Source: Pristiophorus japonicus (lineage: Eukaryota). From it: a stretch of DNA of 64,000 bases. The DNA lies in the NCBI RefSeq assembly GCF_044704955.1, contig NC_091995.1:46252001-46316000 (forward strand). Direction: 5' to 3'. Under the pieces are notes generated by a model, which worked only from the letters and a program-made list of their open reading frames with translations, was not told the origin of the DNA and ran no database searches. How positions within the stretch are numbered: the first letter of the stretch is position 1; every line of letters begins with the position of its first letter. A program made the position numbers and the translations under genes. Below are positions 25,908 to 38,630 of this stretch, piece by piece.

Positions 25908-27560
25908 ATAAAAACAGAAGAAATAGGAACAGGAGTATGCCATACGGCCCCTTGAGCCTGCTCCACCATTCAATAAGATTGTGGCTGATCTGATCATGGA
26001 CTCAGCTCCATTTCCCCACCTACTCCCCATAACCCCTTATCCTCTTATCGTTCAAGAAACTGTCTATTTATGACTTAAATTTATTCAATGTCCCAGCTTC
26101 CACAGCTCTCTGATGCAGCGAATTCCACAGATTTACAATTCTCTGAAAGAAGAAATTTCTCCTCATCGCTGATTTAAATGGGCAGCCCCTTATTCTAAGA
26201 TCATGACCTCTAGTTCTAGTCTGGTCCACCAGTGGAAACATCTTCTCTGCATCCGTCTTCTCAAGCCCCCTCATAATCGTATATGTTTCGATAAGATCAC
26301 CTCTCATTCTTCTAAATTCCAATGAGTAAAGGCCCAACCTATTCAACTTTCCTCATAAGTTAATGCCCTCATCCCCGGAATTAACCTATTGAACCTTCTC
26401 TGAAATGCCTCCAAAGCAAGTGTATCCTTCTGTAAATTTGGAAACCAAAACTGCACGAAGTATTCCAGGTGTGGCCTCACCAATACCTTATATAACTGTA
26501 GCAAGACGTTCCTGCTTTTATACTCCGTCTGCTTTGCAATAAAGGCCAAGATACCATTTGGCTTCCTGATCACTTGCTGTACCTGCATACTATTCTTTTG
26601 TGTTTCATGCACAAGTACCCCCAGGTCCCGCTATACTGCGGCACTATGCAATCCTTCTCCATTTAAACAATGACATGCTCTTCGATTTTTTTTCTGCCAA
26701 AGTGCATGACCTCACACTTTCCAACATTATATTCCATGTGCCAATTTTTTGCCCACTCACTTAGCCTGCCTCGGTCCTTTTGCAGATTTCCCCTTGTGTC
26801 CTCCCATCTTTGTATCATCAGCAAACTTGGCTACATTACACTCGGTCCTTTCTTCCAACACATTAATATAGATTGTAAATATTGGGATCCCAGCACTGAT
26901 CCCTGTGGCACCCCACTAGTTACTGGTTGCCAACCAGAGAATGAATCATTTATCCTGACTCCCTGTCTCTGTTATTTAGCCAATCCTCTATCCATGCTAA
27001 AATATTATCCCAAACCCCGTGAACTTTTATCTTGTGCAGTAACCTTTTCTGCGGCACCTTCTCAAATGCATTCTGGAATTCGAAATACACCACATCCACT
27101 GGTTCCCCTTTATCCACCCTGTTCGTACATACTCAAAGAACTCCAGCAAATTTGTCAAACATGACTGCCCCTTCATAAGTCCATGCTGACTCTGCCTGAC
27201 CCAATTTTGCTCATCCAAACATCTTGCTACTGCTTCTTTAATAATGGACTCCAACATTTTCCCAATTACAGATGTTAGGCTAACTGGTCTATAGTTTCCT
27301 ACTTTTTGTCCATCTCCTTTTTTCAATAGGGGCGTTACATTTGCAGTTTTCCAATCTGCCGGGACCTCCCCAGAATCCAGGCAATTTTGGTAAATTACAA
27401 CCAATACTACTGCCGCTACTTCTCTGAAGACCCTAGGATGCAAGCCATCAGTTCCAGGAGATTTATCTGCCTTTCGGCCCGTCATTTTACTGAGTACCAC
27501 CTCTTTAGTGATTATGATTGTGTCAAGTTCCTCCCCCCGCCCCCCCCATAGCCCCTGTAG
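25908..27560 (-). mobile_element. 5'-truncated CR1 LINE
   Basis: DKSPGTDGLHPRV, NYRPVSLTSVIGKMLE, LVRPHLEYFVQFW, EFRRMRGDLIETY. Confidence 0.92.
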
Positions 27561-28234
27561 GAATATTTCAACTTGACTCTCTGCAGAAGATTTTCATCTT
27601 GCCGCTGGAGCCTGGAAGGCTCTTTGCAGATTGGCCAGCGGTGATAAATCCGTCTTATTCTCATTCGCATTTTAATCCCGGGTTAGCAACAGATGGATTA
27701 CACTGGCCTCGCTCCCTTCAGTTACACTGGATTTGCTCTGGACCACTGTATTGGCGATACTGCAGGTGAAATGTGAGTGTGTGATCAGGAGCGGGCTCAG
27801 CTGTGTTTCCAGACAATGAATCGTGTTCCCATAGTAACTGTTTCTGTTCACAAGAGGAGACTGTTTCCCTGAGGCCAATGTCAGAGTCAAGCCTTCAGAA
27901 GATAAGAGTAGAAGGAAAATGAAATGACGTTTTGTGATAATAATGTATCAATATTAACAAGATTTATTTTAAAATCCCTGGTGTGCCTTTATTCTGCGGG
28001 GCGGTTCTGTAATACCTAAAGCGCCGATATGTGCAATTTTAGATGAGATTTGACAATGTTGCTTCAATGTTAAGCAAGTTAAAATATTTTAATACAGTGA
28101 CTGAAGCATAAAGCATGGGGGAAATGTTTATACAAATCGTGTTGTTTCAATAATAAATCAATTGATTCATGATTACTCTTTTAGCTTGTTCCTGGATCCA
28201 AGACAAGTCTGGTGTTTGACCCTCTCTGTGCTGG

Positions 28235-28251
28235 TTAAACAACATTGTAAA
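28235..28251 (-). CDS. Probable terminal coding exon of the MHC class I gene (VYNVV-stop)
   Basis: Acceptor tttgcatttcactccctag|TT TAC AAT GTT GTT TAA in the required phase 1; AATAAA signals follow at 27988-27993 and 27963-27968. Alternative terminal exons are not excluded. Confidence 0.5.
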
Positions 28252-29017
28252 CTAGGGAGTGAAATGCAAATGTTAGACAATCCCGAGATGATGGAGCAGA
28301 GCACAGTACAGAGAATGAAGTGACTTGTTCACACTCTTTTCATGGTTCTTCCCCTTACAGGGCGCTCTCCGTTAGCTCCCTTAAGGTGTCCGTTCTCCAA
28401 TCCTCTGTAAATGCTACACTGCAAGAAGTCGGACGCTTCAGTTCCCACTCCCCCTCAGTCCCAGTTGGAAACACCTGCTGGTCACCATTCCTGATGGGAG
28501 GCTGAAATCAGGAACTCACAGCCTCTGTTTAATACTGGTTCATTAGAAGGACCCACAGTTCACAAATACCTAACTGCAACTGGCCTCCTTCTACTGGCTA
28601 GATGCTCACAGTCCAACAAGGACATCCAGTTTATTGGAAGTATTACAGAGAAATGGATCTCGATGCCAAATCTCGGCCTGAAAATGCACCGTCCTAACTG
28701 GTACTAGGCCCTGTCAGCCAGGCTCCTGCTCAGTGCACAGGTCGCTGCTGTCGCAGAGTTCACATTGGCTCCAGGATTCCTGGGCTTGGAAGGAGAGAAA
28801 TGGCTGGCGTTCTGCTCCTGATGGCCATCCAATGACCCCAGCAGGAAAGGGCAGCTCTATGAACACAGGACCTCCGTGTCGAGGGCAACACACATGAAGT
28901 GCGGCTCCTCAGACCAGGTACACAAGGGCTGCCCATGCCTGGGAACCAATAGTTGTCAGGAGAAAAAGGTGGACAGAACAAGCCCGTATTAGAGAATTCA
29001 ACATGCATGTTAATTTG

Positions 29018-29312
29018 ACAGAGGTGCGGTCTTTCGGATAAGACGTTAAACCATCAGTCCTCTCCGGTGGATGTAAAATATCCAATAGCACTATTTATAG
29101 AAGCGCAAGGTTAGTTTTCCCCGATGCCCCTCAATCAACATTAGTAAAACAGATTCTCTGCTCATTACCACGTTGCTGTTTGTGGGAGCTTGCTGTGCGC
29201 ACATCAGTTGCCGCGTTTCTTACATTACAACAGTGAATACACTTGGTGCTTCATTGAGTGTAATTCGCTTTGGGACGTACTGAGATTTAGAAAGGCGCTA
29301 AACAAATGGATT
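29018..29312 (+). mobile_element. Deu-domain SINE (SacSINE1/AmnSINE1-like), 5' truncated
   Basis: ctttcggataagacgttaaacc...gtggatgtaaaa...ttgctgtttgtgggagcttgctgtgcgca...cattacaacagtga...gaaaggcgcta matches the Deu core as I recall it. Confidence 0.75.
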
Positions 29313-29441
29313 TATTCTTGTTTACTTTATAACAGATATTTGACATTGAAATATAATCCTGAGGCAGGCTACAAGATTTTCTGCAAAGCCACTGTGCAAT
29401 ACTTTTACAAACATAACTGCAACATTATTCCCTGACCTTAC

Positions 29442-29549
29442 CTCTCCGTTTTTTCCTCCACATATAGATTACAATTATAACGAAAGCCAGCGATAGCAGT
29501 ACACCCACGACAATCAGCACCACATCCTTGTCTTTTTCTACTTTGCCTT
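29442..29549 (-). CDS. MHC class I connecting peptide and transmembrane exon
   Basis: tttcag| 108 nt |gtaag, phase 1-1: EGKVEKDKDVVLIVVGVLLSLAFVIIVIYMWRKKRR. Confidence 0.85.
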
Positions 29550-31419
29550 CTGAAACATATGAGCAAGGGTTGTATAATTATATGTGTGTGGATTGACAGT
29601 TTTACATATAATCAATGGGAACCTGTGGCCCTGCTCATGCAACGATGATGCGCTGTTTTATATGTACGAGTTCCCACACCACACTGTGCACAATGTATTA
29701 TTTCACTGAGGTGGGGCCAGGTTTCTTTGAAGCCACAAAGTTCACTTTTTGTGAGTAACCACAGGTTCTGGTCCACGAGGAGAGAATGCTGTAAATGTGA
29801 CAAGGGGTGGGGGGAGGCGTGGAGAATCAAAGGCTGTGAAGAGTGAAGCACGGTTTCCTGATTGATCGGGTCTGGACCAGAGATATGAATGTGCTGCTGG
29901 GAGACCAAGGAAAGGGGTTGTGGTCGTTGTTCCCAGCGAGGCAGGAGGAAAGCGAGCTGTCCCATCCCCCACAACCACTCCTGGATCACTGGGTGAGGGG
30001 AGCCAGGTAAAGAAGTGGCAGAGGCCTGTGTCTGCGAGTCTGGTGGTAGGAGCAACATGAGGGGTAAGTAGTGGCAGTTGCATCAATGATACCCACTATA
30101 CCAGCTCCCAGGGCTGGGGGATCGAGCTTCCTACCATTCCCACAGGTCCGTGTGATGGGAGGGGGCTCAAGGTGCAAAGTTGCAGCTCATGATAATTGTA
30201 ATTAACCAAACTATCTTCAGAAAGTTTCACTTTTAATTAAATAGTAAAATGCTGATCTTTTTTTTTTAAATCGATAGCATCACGGCTGCTGTTTCAATTT
30301 CTAGGCTTATTTTGTGGGGGTTTCCACCCATCTGTACTTTGTGTTGCCCCAACCTTCACTCTTGCTACAGATTTTTGCTCTCTGGGCAAAGTCCTCATCC
30401 GCCAACTTCCTTGCCTGCAGCTCCCGGTGTACATCAGACCCATTCCCGCCTCAGGAGCCAATTCAGCCTCACCCTTGCCGTCCGGCCGCATAATCTTATC
30501 ATCGCTTCCTCAGTGCACTACATTTCAATACCCTTTCCTCACAACACTTCCACACTCCTCCTCAAGGTGACCCGTCCCCTTGTTACCCACCAGAGCAAAG
30601 AGACAACATAATCAAAAACACACTGACGCTGAAGTTTAGCACAGAGCAAACATTCAAGCTCAGAAATCGAGCAGCTCCAGAAACACAGTGCAAGGGAACA
30701 ACAATGAGAAAGCAGAAACAAACAATGAAGCAACAACAACTCGGGCAAATGAGGAGTCTGCTGTCTGAGCGTGGATGGTGAATGCAGATTAATCCATTCT
30801 CGAACCCAGATCGACTGTGAATAAGGAATTGTTTCCTATTGAACTCTGAGATCATGTGTGTGTGTGGTTGGGGAAGCCGGCGGGGTGCGGGGGCGGGGGT
30901 GGTGGGGAGGTGTATAAAGAGGAGATAGACAGTAAGAATCAATGAGAAATATATATAGAGAAAGCAAGTGTGCGGGGCGTACACAAGGAGGGGTGGGTAA
31001 AGATTATGGAAGAGTCAGAAGATAAAATAAAGTTACGAAAAGCGACAGAAAGAATGAGAAACACTCACAGGCAGCCTGAAGAACATAGATAACAAAAGTG
31101 TGGTTTTACGTGTAAATAAACTGACAGAAAGTGCAAGACAGAGAAAAGTGATGGGTAAGAAATGACAGTTATAGGGAGTGACAGATTTTAATGTTCCTGG
31201 TCGTGTCCATAAGCAACAGCACAGCAGACCAAATAAAAACACATACAAATCACTGGGAAACAGAATATCCTGTTCATTTGTAGAGTAGAGTAGAAAAGCA
31301 AGGAGGCAATGGCCAATTTGATTCGGTTATTCATTTCATTGATCCCTTTCTGCTCTCTCCCTGTATGGGATGTTTGGGATTATTGATGGATTGTTCAGTA
31401 TTGCTGCTCATGTCCTTAC

Positions 31420-31685
31420 CCCAGGGGACAGTCTTCCCACCTGACAAGCTGCTGTGTTCAATATGACAGGAGTATTGTTTCCCATCATACGGATCAAATT
31501 CAAAGCTTGTCGTTAGCTGATACGTCCATCTTCATTGGGTAATACTCCAGTAGATTTGGTCTCAGGGACATGTTCTCCATTCTTCAACCAGGTCACACTA
31601 ATGGACTGCGGGTAAAATCCAATCACAATGCAGTGGAGAAACCAACGATCACCAGCCCTGGCAATAACTGAGACCTCAGGGGAAA
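31420..31685 (-). pseudogene. MHC class I alpha3 (C1-set Ig) exon with a 1-bp deletion
   Basis: tgtag| 266 nt |gtaag. VSPEVSV...LHCIVIGFYPQSISVTWLKNG...LPNEDG then, after a frame change, TYQLTTSFEFDPYDGKQYSCHIEHSSL...W. As assembled it stops at TAA 31513-31515. Confidence 0.92.
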
Positions 31686-31894
31686 CTACATGATAGAAAG
31701 ACAGTTATTTTCAACTTCAATATAAGGTGCACATTTCAAAATATAATCAGGGGGATCATTTGAACTTATGCCGCTAGTCTAAAATGGGTGATATTGCATC
31801 GGCTGCCTGTTAAAGGAGAATGGGGCGAGGTGTGTAATGGAAGATGGTCCAATATCGCCCGTTGCACACTATCCCCAGGTTGTTCTGAACTTAC

Positions 31895-32170
31895 CTTTTC
31901 TGGTTAGTGATACATTTCCAATTGAATAGTATGTCCTCCATAAATTCACACAGTCCTTTTCTATCAAGCTCTTGAAGTAACGGTTCAACTTTGTTTCCTT
32001 ATCCCATTTCACTTTGGACGTCTGAGCTATTGGATCATGTACAGTCCAAACCAATGTGTCTTTATCAAAACTAAATGCATATCTTCCATCATAAGCCAAT
32101 TTCAGAACCCCTCCAATAGGATTGGCATCATGCAGCTCACAGCCAAACAGTCCTTGAATGTAGTGAGTAC
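31895..32170 (-). CDS. MHC class I alpha2 exon
   Basis: ttctag| 276 nt |gtaagt, phase 1-1: STHYIQGLFGCEL...AYDG...AQTSKVKWD...EKDCVNLWRTYY; both Cys present. Confidence 0.95.
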
Positions 32171-32579
32171 CTAGAACAGTTATTCAACCGATCAATAGCT
32201 ACATAATTATCGCTTTTTTCACACCGTCTGAGAACGTCAGCTATTTTCTAGTCACTGCACATCCAGTCAGTCTCTCCATTGCTTCGGGTAGAAATGGAAT
32301 TTAGTATTTGAAACAAGCATCGTTACACAGAGATATAGAATGTACAGCACAGATAGAGAACATTTGGCGCCAAATTTAGACAGGGGCTTTCTGCTTTAGT
32401 TCTATTTCCCTGCCGATGTTAATTTCTTTCTAGCATCTTCATTTTCATATATATATCGAGTTCCCTTTTAAGTTATGTTGTGGTAACTGCCTCAGTAACA
32501 TTGCATATTCTAACGGGAAAAATCCTAATTTCTACCATCCGTTGTTCTAGTGACTGTGTGCCTCTAATTAACAATTCCT

Positions 32580-33680
32580 ATGGAAACATTGAATCATACA
32601 ATGGTTAGAATACGGAAGAAGGTCATTCGGCCTGTCGAGCTGTGCCGGATCTCAGCTAATCCCACTACCCTGGCCTTTCCCGTAGCCCTGATTATTTTTT
32701 CTTTCGGATACTTATCCAATTCCTTTTTAGAGTTTGCCTCCACCCCTTCAGGCAGTGTATTCCAGACCTTAAACACTCGCTGTGTAAAACAGTATTTAGT
32801 TACGTTGCCTCAGGTTCTTTTGCCAATCACCTTAAATCTGTGTCCTCTGGTTCTCGACCCGTCTGCCAATGGGAACAGTTTCTCTCTATCTACTCTGTCC
32901 AAACCCATCATGATTTTGAACACCTCTATCAAATCTCCTCTCAATCTTCTCTTCTCCAAGGTGAACAACCCCAGCTTCTCCCGTCTATCAATGTAACTAA
33001 AGTCCTTCATTACTGGTATCATTCTCGTAAATCTTTTCTATACCTTCTCTAAGGCCTTCAGATCTTCCTAAAGTGTGGTGCCCATAATTGGACACAGTAC
33101 TCCAGTTGAGGCCGAACCAGTGTTTAAGACAGCATCGTCATAATGTCCACACTTTTGTACTCTATACCTCAATTTATGAAGCCCAGGATCACGTAAGCCT
33201 GTTTAACTGCTGTCTCAACCTGCCCTGCCACCTTAAACGATTTTTGCACATATACACCCATGTCTCTCTGATCAGGGACCCCCTTTATGATTGTACCATT
33301 TACTTTATATGTCCTCTCCTCATTATTTCTAGCAAAATGCATCACTTCACAGTTTACTGCGTTAAATTTGATCTGCCACGTGTCTGCCCTTTTCATCCGC
33401 CTGTCTATGTCTTGCTGAAGTCATCACTCGCCTCCTCATTGCTCTCTATACTTCCAACATTTGTGTCATCTGAAAAAATTGAATTTGTGCCTTTTATACC
33501 CACGTCCAAGCCATGAATATATCTAAAGAAAAGCAGTGGTCCTAGTTCCGATCGCTAGCCAATTTCGTGTCCATGCTGCCACTATCCCTTTCATTCCATG
33601 GGCTTCAATTTTGTCGAAGACTTTTTGTAAATTCATGTATAGTACCTCATTACCCTCATCAACCTTCTCTGTTAGCTCAG
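32580..33680 (-). mobile_element. CR1 LINE 3' fragment in MHC intron 2
   Basis: WQIKFNAVNCEVMHF, LEKRRLRGDLIEVFKIM, VWNTLP. Confidence 0.88.
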
Positions 33681-33944
33681 GCAGGGGAACAATTATTCAT
33701 TGTTTACTCTCTGAAAAAGCAACAAAACTTTGAAAACCTCTCACATCCTCCGCAAACCTTGTCTATTTCTGTGAAAATGCCCCACTTTTCAATTTATTTT
33801 TCATAACTACAGTCACTCATTCTAGTGAAACACTTTTCCTGGTGTTAATATAGGTGCTCAGAACTGCATTAACACGCTAACAATGTCTTAACAGTGTTTT
33901 GTGTAAGTCAGCATCAAGTCCCTGATGCTATATTCAATGCCCTG

Positions 33945-35570
33945 ATGGGGTAAAAATTGTCTTTGCCAGAAGTGGGAAATGGGCTCAGAGTGGATCAAGA
34001 GCCCAGTCTGCACTTGACCCATTTATTTCTCTGTTAACTTCAAAGATGTAACATTGGCAGCCAATTCACTATGGCCCCAAAGGAAGGGAGAATTGGGAAA
34101 GGGTGTAATGGGTGACCGTTCTACGCTGGACCGAATGGCCTCTTTCCATACGGTCTCATTCTATGATTCCATATGCCACCATTTAATATGGGAGTTGCTG
34201 CTGTAAAATGAGCAGGCTGTAATTTTACACACCTTCCGGTGGTGGCACTATAACGCCTCGGTGTTATATTGTCCAACTTTTCAACCTATACTTCTGGAAA
34301 ATCCCCAATATAAACCAACTCAACTTCTCACCATCACAATTTTCTATTAATTTTTCTACTGAACTACAGATAACATGCAAGAATATTAGCCCAGGATACA
34401 GGCCAGAATGTATGACATTATATTGGGGACTGAATTCTGTTTTAACAGCATAGGTAACATTCCCTGTCCTCCAACCTTGTTACAGTGGAATTGACACCAT
34501 GGGGGTAATTTTGACTTTTGGTGAATGTGTAAAATGGGCAATATTGGATCGGCTGCCCATTTTGCACCAGCCAGATTTTCATGTCCACTGAGGTCAATGG
34601 AAGGGAAAATCAGGCAGGGAGAAAACTGAGCAGTCAGTTTGATATCACTTATTTTACATTATTGTGCAAAGATAAAACAAAAGAGTGCATGGCTGGAATA
34701 CTGCGGGCAGTGCAGTACGCCTTTCTGATAAACCACCTGCTGGATATAAGACGGCATTAGAACCACAAAATATATACATACATATTATATAGGTGCTCAC
34801 CAATTCCATTCAACAAATGCAATAATATGAATATTGACGCTATAATTCAATAAACAAAATTTTGCCGATATGATTCAAAAATGTGATATTTCCAACGTCA
34901 TTCAATAAATCTATTACTGATATATTTCATTAAAGGTAATATTACCATGAATCAGTGGGGAGATTTTAAATTTTGGTCAAAATTTAAAGCAGGCCTGTTA
35001 TGTACCTCACCCAATGGAAATGGAATCTGAGCAAGGTGTAGAACGGGAGGCAGGTCGAATATTGATAACTTTACATTTTTGCCTGAAGAGTTAAAAATTG
35101 CCGCAACAAGCATATGATGTGTTACGTGTAAAATTACCAGCAAAACCATTCAATAAATCGAATATTATCAATACAATTAATTGAATGTAATAATACCAAT
35201 ATCATTCAATAATCACTGGTGGGCGGTGGATTTTTAAAATCTTTTATCAACAGGTGAATATGGCCAATAGTGAATCTGCCGCCCACTTTATACCATGCCC
35301 GAATTTCAGAAAATCGACACAGATGTAAAACGGCAGCTGATTCACAGGCGCCGATATTTCGCCTGTGATAATATTTAACATTTCACCCGGGAATGAAATT
35401 TTACTTCAGCAGGGTTGCGAAACGGGTGGAAGTGGAAAGCCGCCTGTTATATACCTCGGCCCATTTTACTTTCAACTGAATGGAAAGGACAATCAGACAG
35501 CATGTTTAAAGGGCGGACTCACTGCTACTGCCCATTTTATACCCGCCGACATTGAATTTCACGCTCAGTA
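33945..35570. mobile_element. Cluster of short decayed MITE-like elements (relatives near 25600-25750, 31750-31870, 36140-36400, 53600-53660)
   Basis: Recurrent gggg(t)aaaatt/aatttcaccc ends and shared aaaatggg..atat..gatcggctgccc cores. Confidence 0.45.
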
Positions 35571-35809
35571 TTAAAAATATCACTAATTGGAGATAATGGC
35601 ACCTTCCAGACATTGTACAAAGTAGGCCATATCCAATTAGTTCCCCATTGTACACCTCGCTTGATGTTCCTTTCTATTGAAGGTATAATGGAATGGAAAA
35701 TCAGGCGGGGTGGACAATGGGCTATCCATTCGATATCGCTGATGGCAGGAATCCCCCAAGTTTAAATGACCCCACAGTTTATTGCATTCATTCAAATCAA
35801 TCCACTCAC

Positions 35810-36070
35810 TTGATGTTTGGCTGCCCTGCTGTAGCCATCTATCAAACTGTCCCTTGATGATACCGTGGAAACCCGCTTGAGTGATTGTGAATTCTTCCCA
35901 GTATCGCTTGTTAAATGCTTTCGCCATCCAGTGCTGTCTTGGAACAGTTATGTTCATATTATCGTCGTAATAGGTTGTCTCAGAGCCGTCCAAACGTCCC
36001 AGGAAACTATACTCCGGCAGATCAGCACTCCCATGGCTCAGGGTGTAGTAATATAGCAGAGAATGAAACA
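35810..36070 (-). CDS. MHC class I alpha1 exon (divergent, non-classical)
   Basis: ttccag| 261 nt |gtgagt, phase 1-1: FHSLLYYYT...LPEYSFLGRLDG...YYD...PRQHWM...YWEEFT...GSQTS. Confidence 0.95.
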
Positions 36071-37742
36071 CTGGAACAGAATAAAAAAATCCCCATCATT
36101 GGAAGACCAAATATTAGAAATGTAAACCCATTACCGCAGTTTTCAACCCGACGCTGACAGTGTAAATCAGCCCCATGTCATTGATCAGTTGAGCGCAGAG
36201 GTCAGAGCTTTAAGTGGAATTCAATTGAAGCCAGAGTGTGAATTGGGCGGTAAATGCACCGCATGATTTTCCTTTCTACTGAAGTCAATGAGGAGGAAAA
36301 TCAAATGGGTTGTTTGACGACGAACTGAACCACTTGCACGCGTTTCGCAGCTCATCAACGTTCATTTCTCCCCATAGATTCATTGTACAGTCGAGGATTT
36401 CTGAGGCATGAAATACCCGATCAGACATGGGTGGATGTAGAAAAGAAAATAGGTTTAAATAGGGAGCCAAAGAGCGTGATCCGGGAACGCTTCCTGGCAT
36501 ACTGCCCGGCATCTGTCCCTACAGCTGGGAGAACGCTCGAGTGGCAGCTGGTAACTCATTTGTCATGTCAATATCCTCTTTCCGTGTGTGTAGAACCACG
36601 AGAGAGTGCATGAGATGATGATCTAGTTCTGTTAGGATTACAAGGTTTAAAGATATGCTTTCTGCCACCAGAAAATTCAAGTGTTGCAAAATGTGATCCA
36701 CATGAGCCTACAGATCCTGCCAATCTGGCATGTGACACCAGGAGACTCATTTAACTCTACATTTATTTCTTTGTTGGTCTAGTTTGGATTTTTTGAGCGA
36801 GGACGGTCCTTAGCCCCATTACCCGATTGGTGCACAGACCCTAATTTAGAACAACTGGATCTGTTGGAATGAAAATCTGGACATAAATGTATCCTTCAAT
36901 GAATATGGCCTTAACTTTCCATGTGGGACAGCATGCTCCCAACAAGCGTGTTCAGACCAGGGAGACAAAATGACGGTGCACTTCCAGGCCATTGTCAAGA
37001 GTATGTCCTGGCAGCTCAGATCCTCACGCACAACAGAGCATCACTCCCAGTGAATGAGGCTCCTTGCCCCGAATACAGTCAGGGAATGTTTCTCTTCTGC
37101 TGCCCAGTTATGACGTCCCTCTCTCTAAACCCAATACAAATCCTTGCTAGTTGCTGCTGCCGTGTTGATGACCAACAATGGAGCAGTAACAAGGACACCG
37201 AACTACTGACCACTGGGTCATTTTCCACACATTCTGATTTTCAGATAGTCCATCATTTAGGTGGCCAGAGCTGCTGCCAGAAATAGATGGTGTCAAAATG
37301 AATAGAGGCAAAGTGTGAGTCACACGACATTATCAAGACCACATCAACTTTATCTCTCAGACTGGTGGAGTTTAGATTTTCCAACTATCCTGCAATGTCC
37401 AGGAATTAACGAATAATCGCCTGGATACCGCTGTAAGAAATTTGGGAGAAATATAACATTGGGAAAAGTCACAATTATAAAAGTATTGGAGATGGGGAAT
37501 AAAGGCGGTGTGATTTGACTGGATGTCATGTGCTGAAACATCCAGAAATGAGGCCAACCAAACTTGGCAATGCGTCAGCCTGATTCAAGCACAAATCCCC
37601 GTCTACAATTGATGGACATCACTCCATTCCTGCAGTCAGTCTGCCGGCAACTTTCTTCAGCGTCCAGCACCACACAAGCCCATATCATCTCCTCAGAGAT
37701 TCAATCAGAACAGGAGCTCCCGTAGGGCATCCGCAAGGTCCG

Positions 37743-38630
37743 AGGCAGTCGGCGTAACCTGGACTAAACACGGGGCAGTCGGTGTATCCCGGACTAAACA
37801 CGGAACAGTCGGTGTATCCTGGACTAAACACAGGGCAGTCAGTGTAACAGGATTAAACACGGGGCAGTCGGTGTAACAGGATTAAACACAGGACAGTCGC
37901 TGTATCCTGGATTAAACACGGGGCAGTCGGTGTATCCCGGACTAAACACAGGACAGTCGCTGTATCCCGGATTAAACACAGGACAGTCGCTGTATCCCGG
38001 ACTAAACACGGGGCACTCGGTTTATTCTGGACTAAACACGGGGCACTCGGTGTATCCCGGACGAAACATGGGCCAGTCTGTATATCCCGGACTAAACAAG
38101 GGGAACTTGGTGTATCCCAGACGAAACATGGGGCAGTCAGTATATTCCGGACTAAACAAGGGGCACTCGGTTTATTCTGGACTAAACATGGGGCAGTCGG
38201 TATATCCCGGACTAAACACGGGGCACTCAGTGTATCCCACACTAAACAAGGTGCAGTCAGTTTACCCGGGCTAAACACTGGACAGTTGGTGTAACCCGGA
38301 GTAAACACGAGGGCCATCAGTGTAACCAGGATTAAACACGGGAAATTCAGTGGAACCCGGACTAAACACAGGGCAGTCAGTGTATCCCGGACTAAACCCG
38401 TGGCAGTCAGTGTAACCCGGACTAAACACGGGATAGTCGGTGTAACTGGGACTAAACACAGGGCAGTCAGTGTAACCCAGACGAAACACGGGACAGTCGA
38501 TGTAACCCGGACTGAACACGCAGTAAGTCAATGTATCCCGGACGAAACATGGGACAGTCAGTGTAACCCGGACTAAACATGGAAACAGTCAGTGTAAACC
38601 GGACTAAACACGGAGTAAGTCAGTGTAACT
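37743..38630. repeat. 30-bp minisatellite, about 29-30 copies (ggactaaacacggggcagtcggtgtatccc)
   Basis: Head-to-tail units with no unique spacers. Confidence 0.95.

Noticed and set aside
27672-27892. ORF as a long cytoplasmic exon of the class I gene
   Set aside because: Phase-compatible but has a weaker acceptor (tgaag) and lies beyond two AATAAA signals; kept only as an alternative.
36500-37350. Possible old LINE remnant in class I intron 1
   Set aside because: Only faint motif resemblance; family and strand cannot be assigned by eye.
37743-38630. CRISPR-like array
   Set aside because: Contiguous tandem units without unique spacers, no cas genes, vertebrate context; the same applies to 52063-52320.
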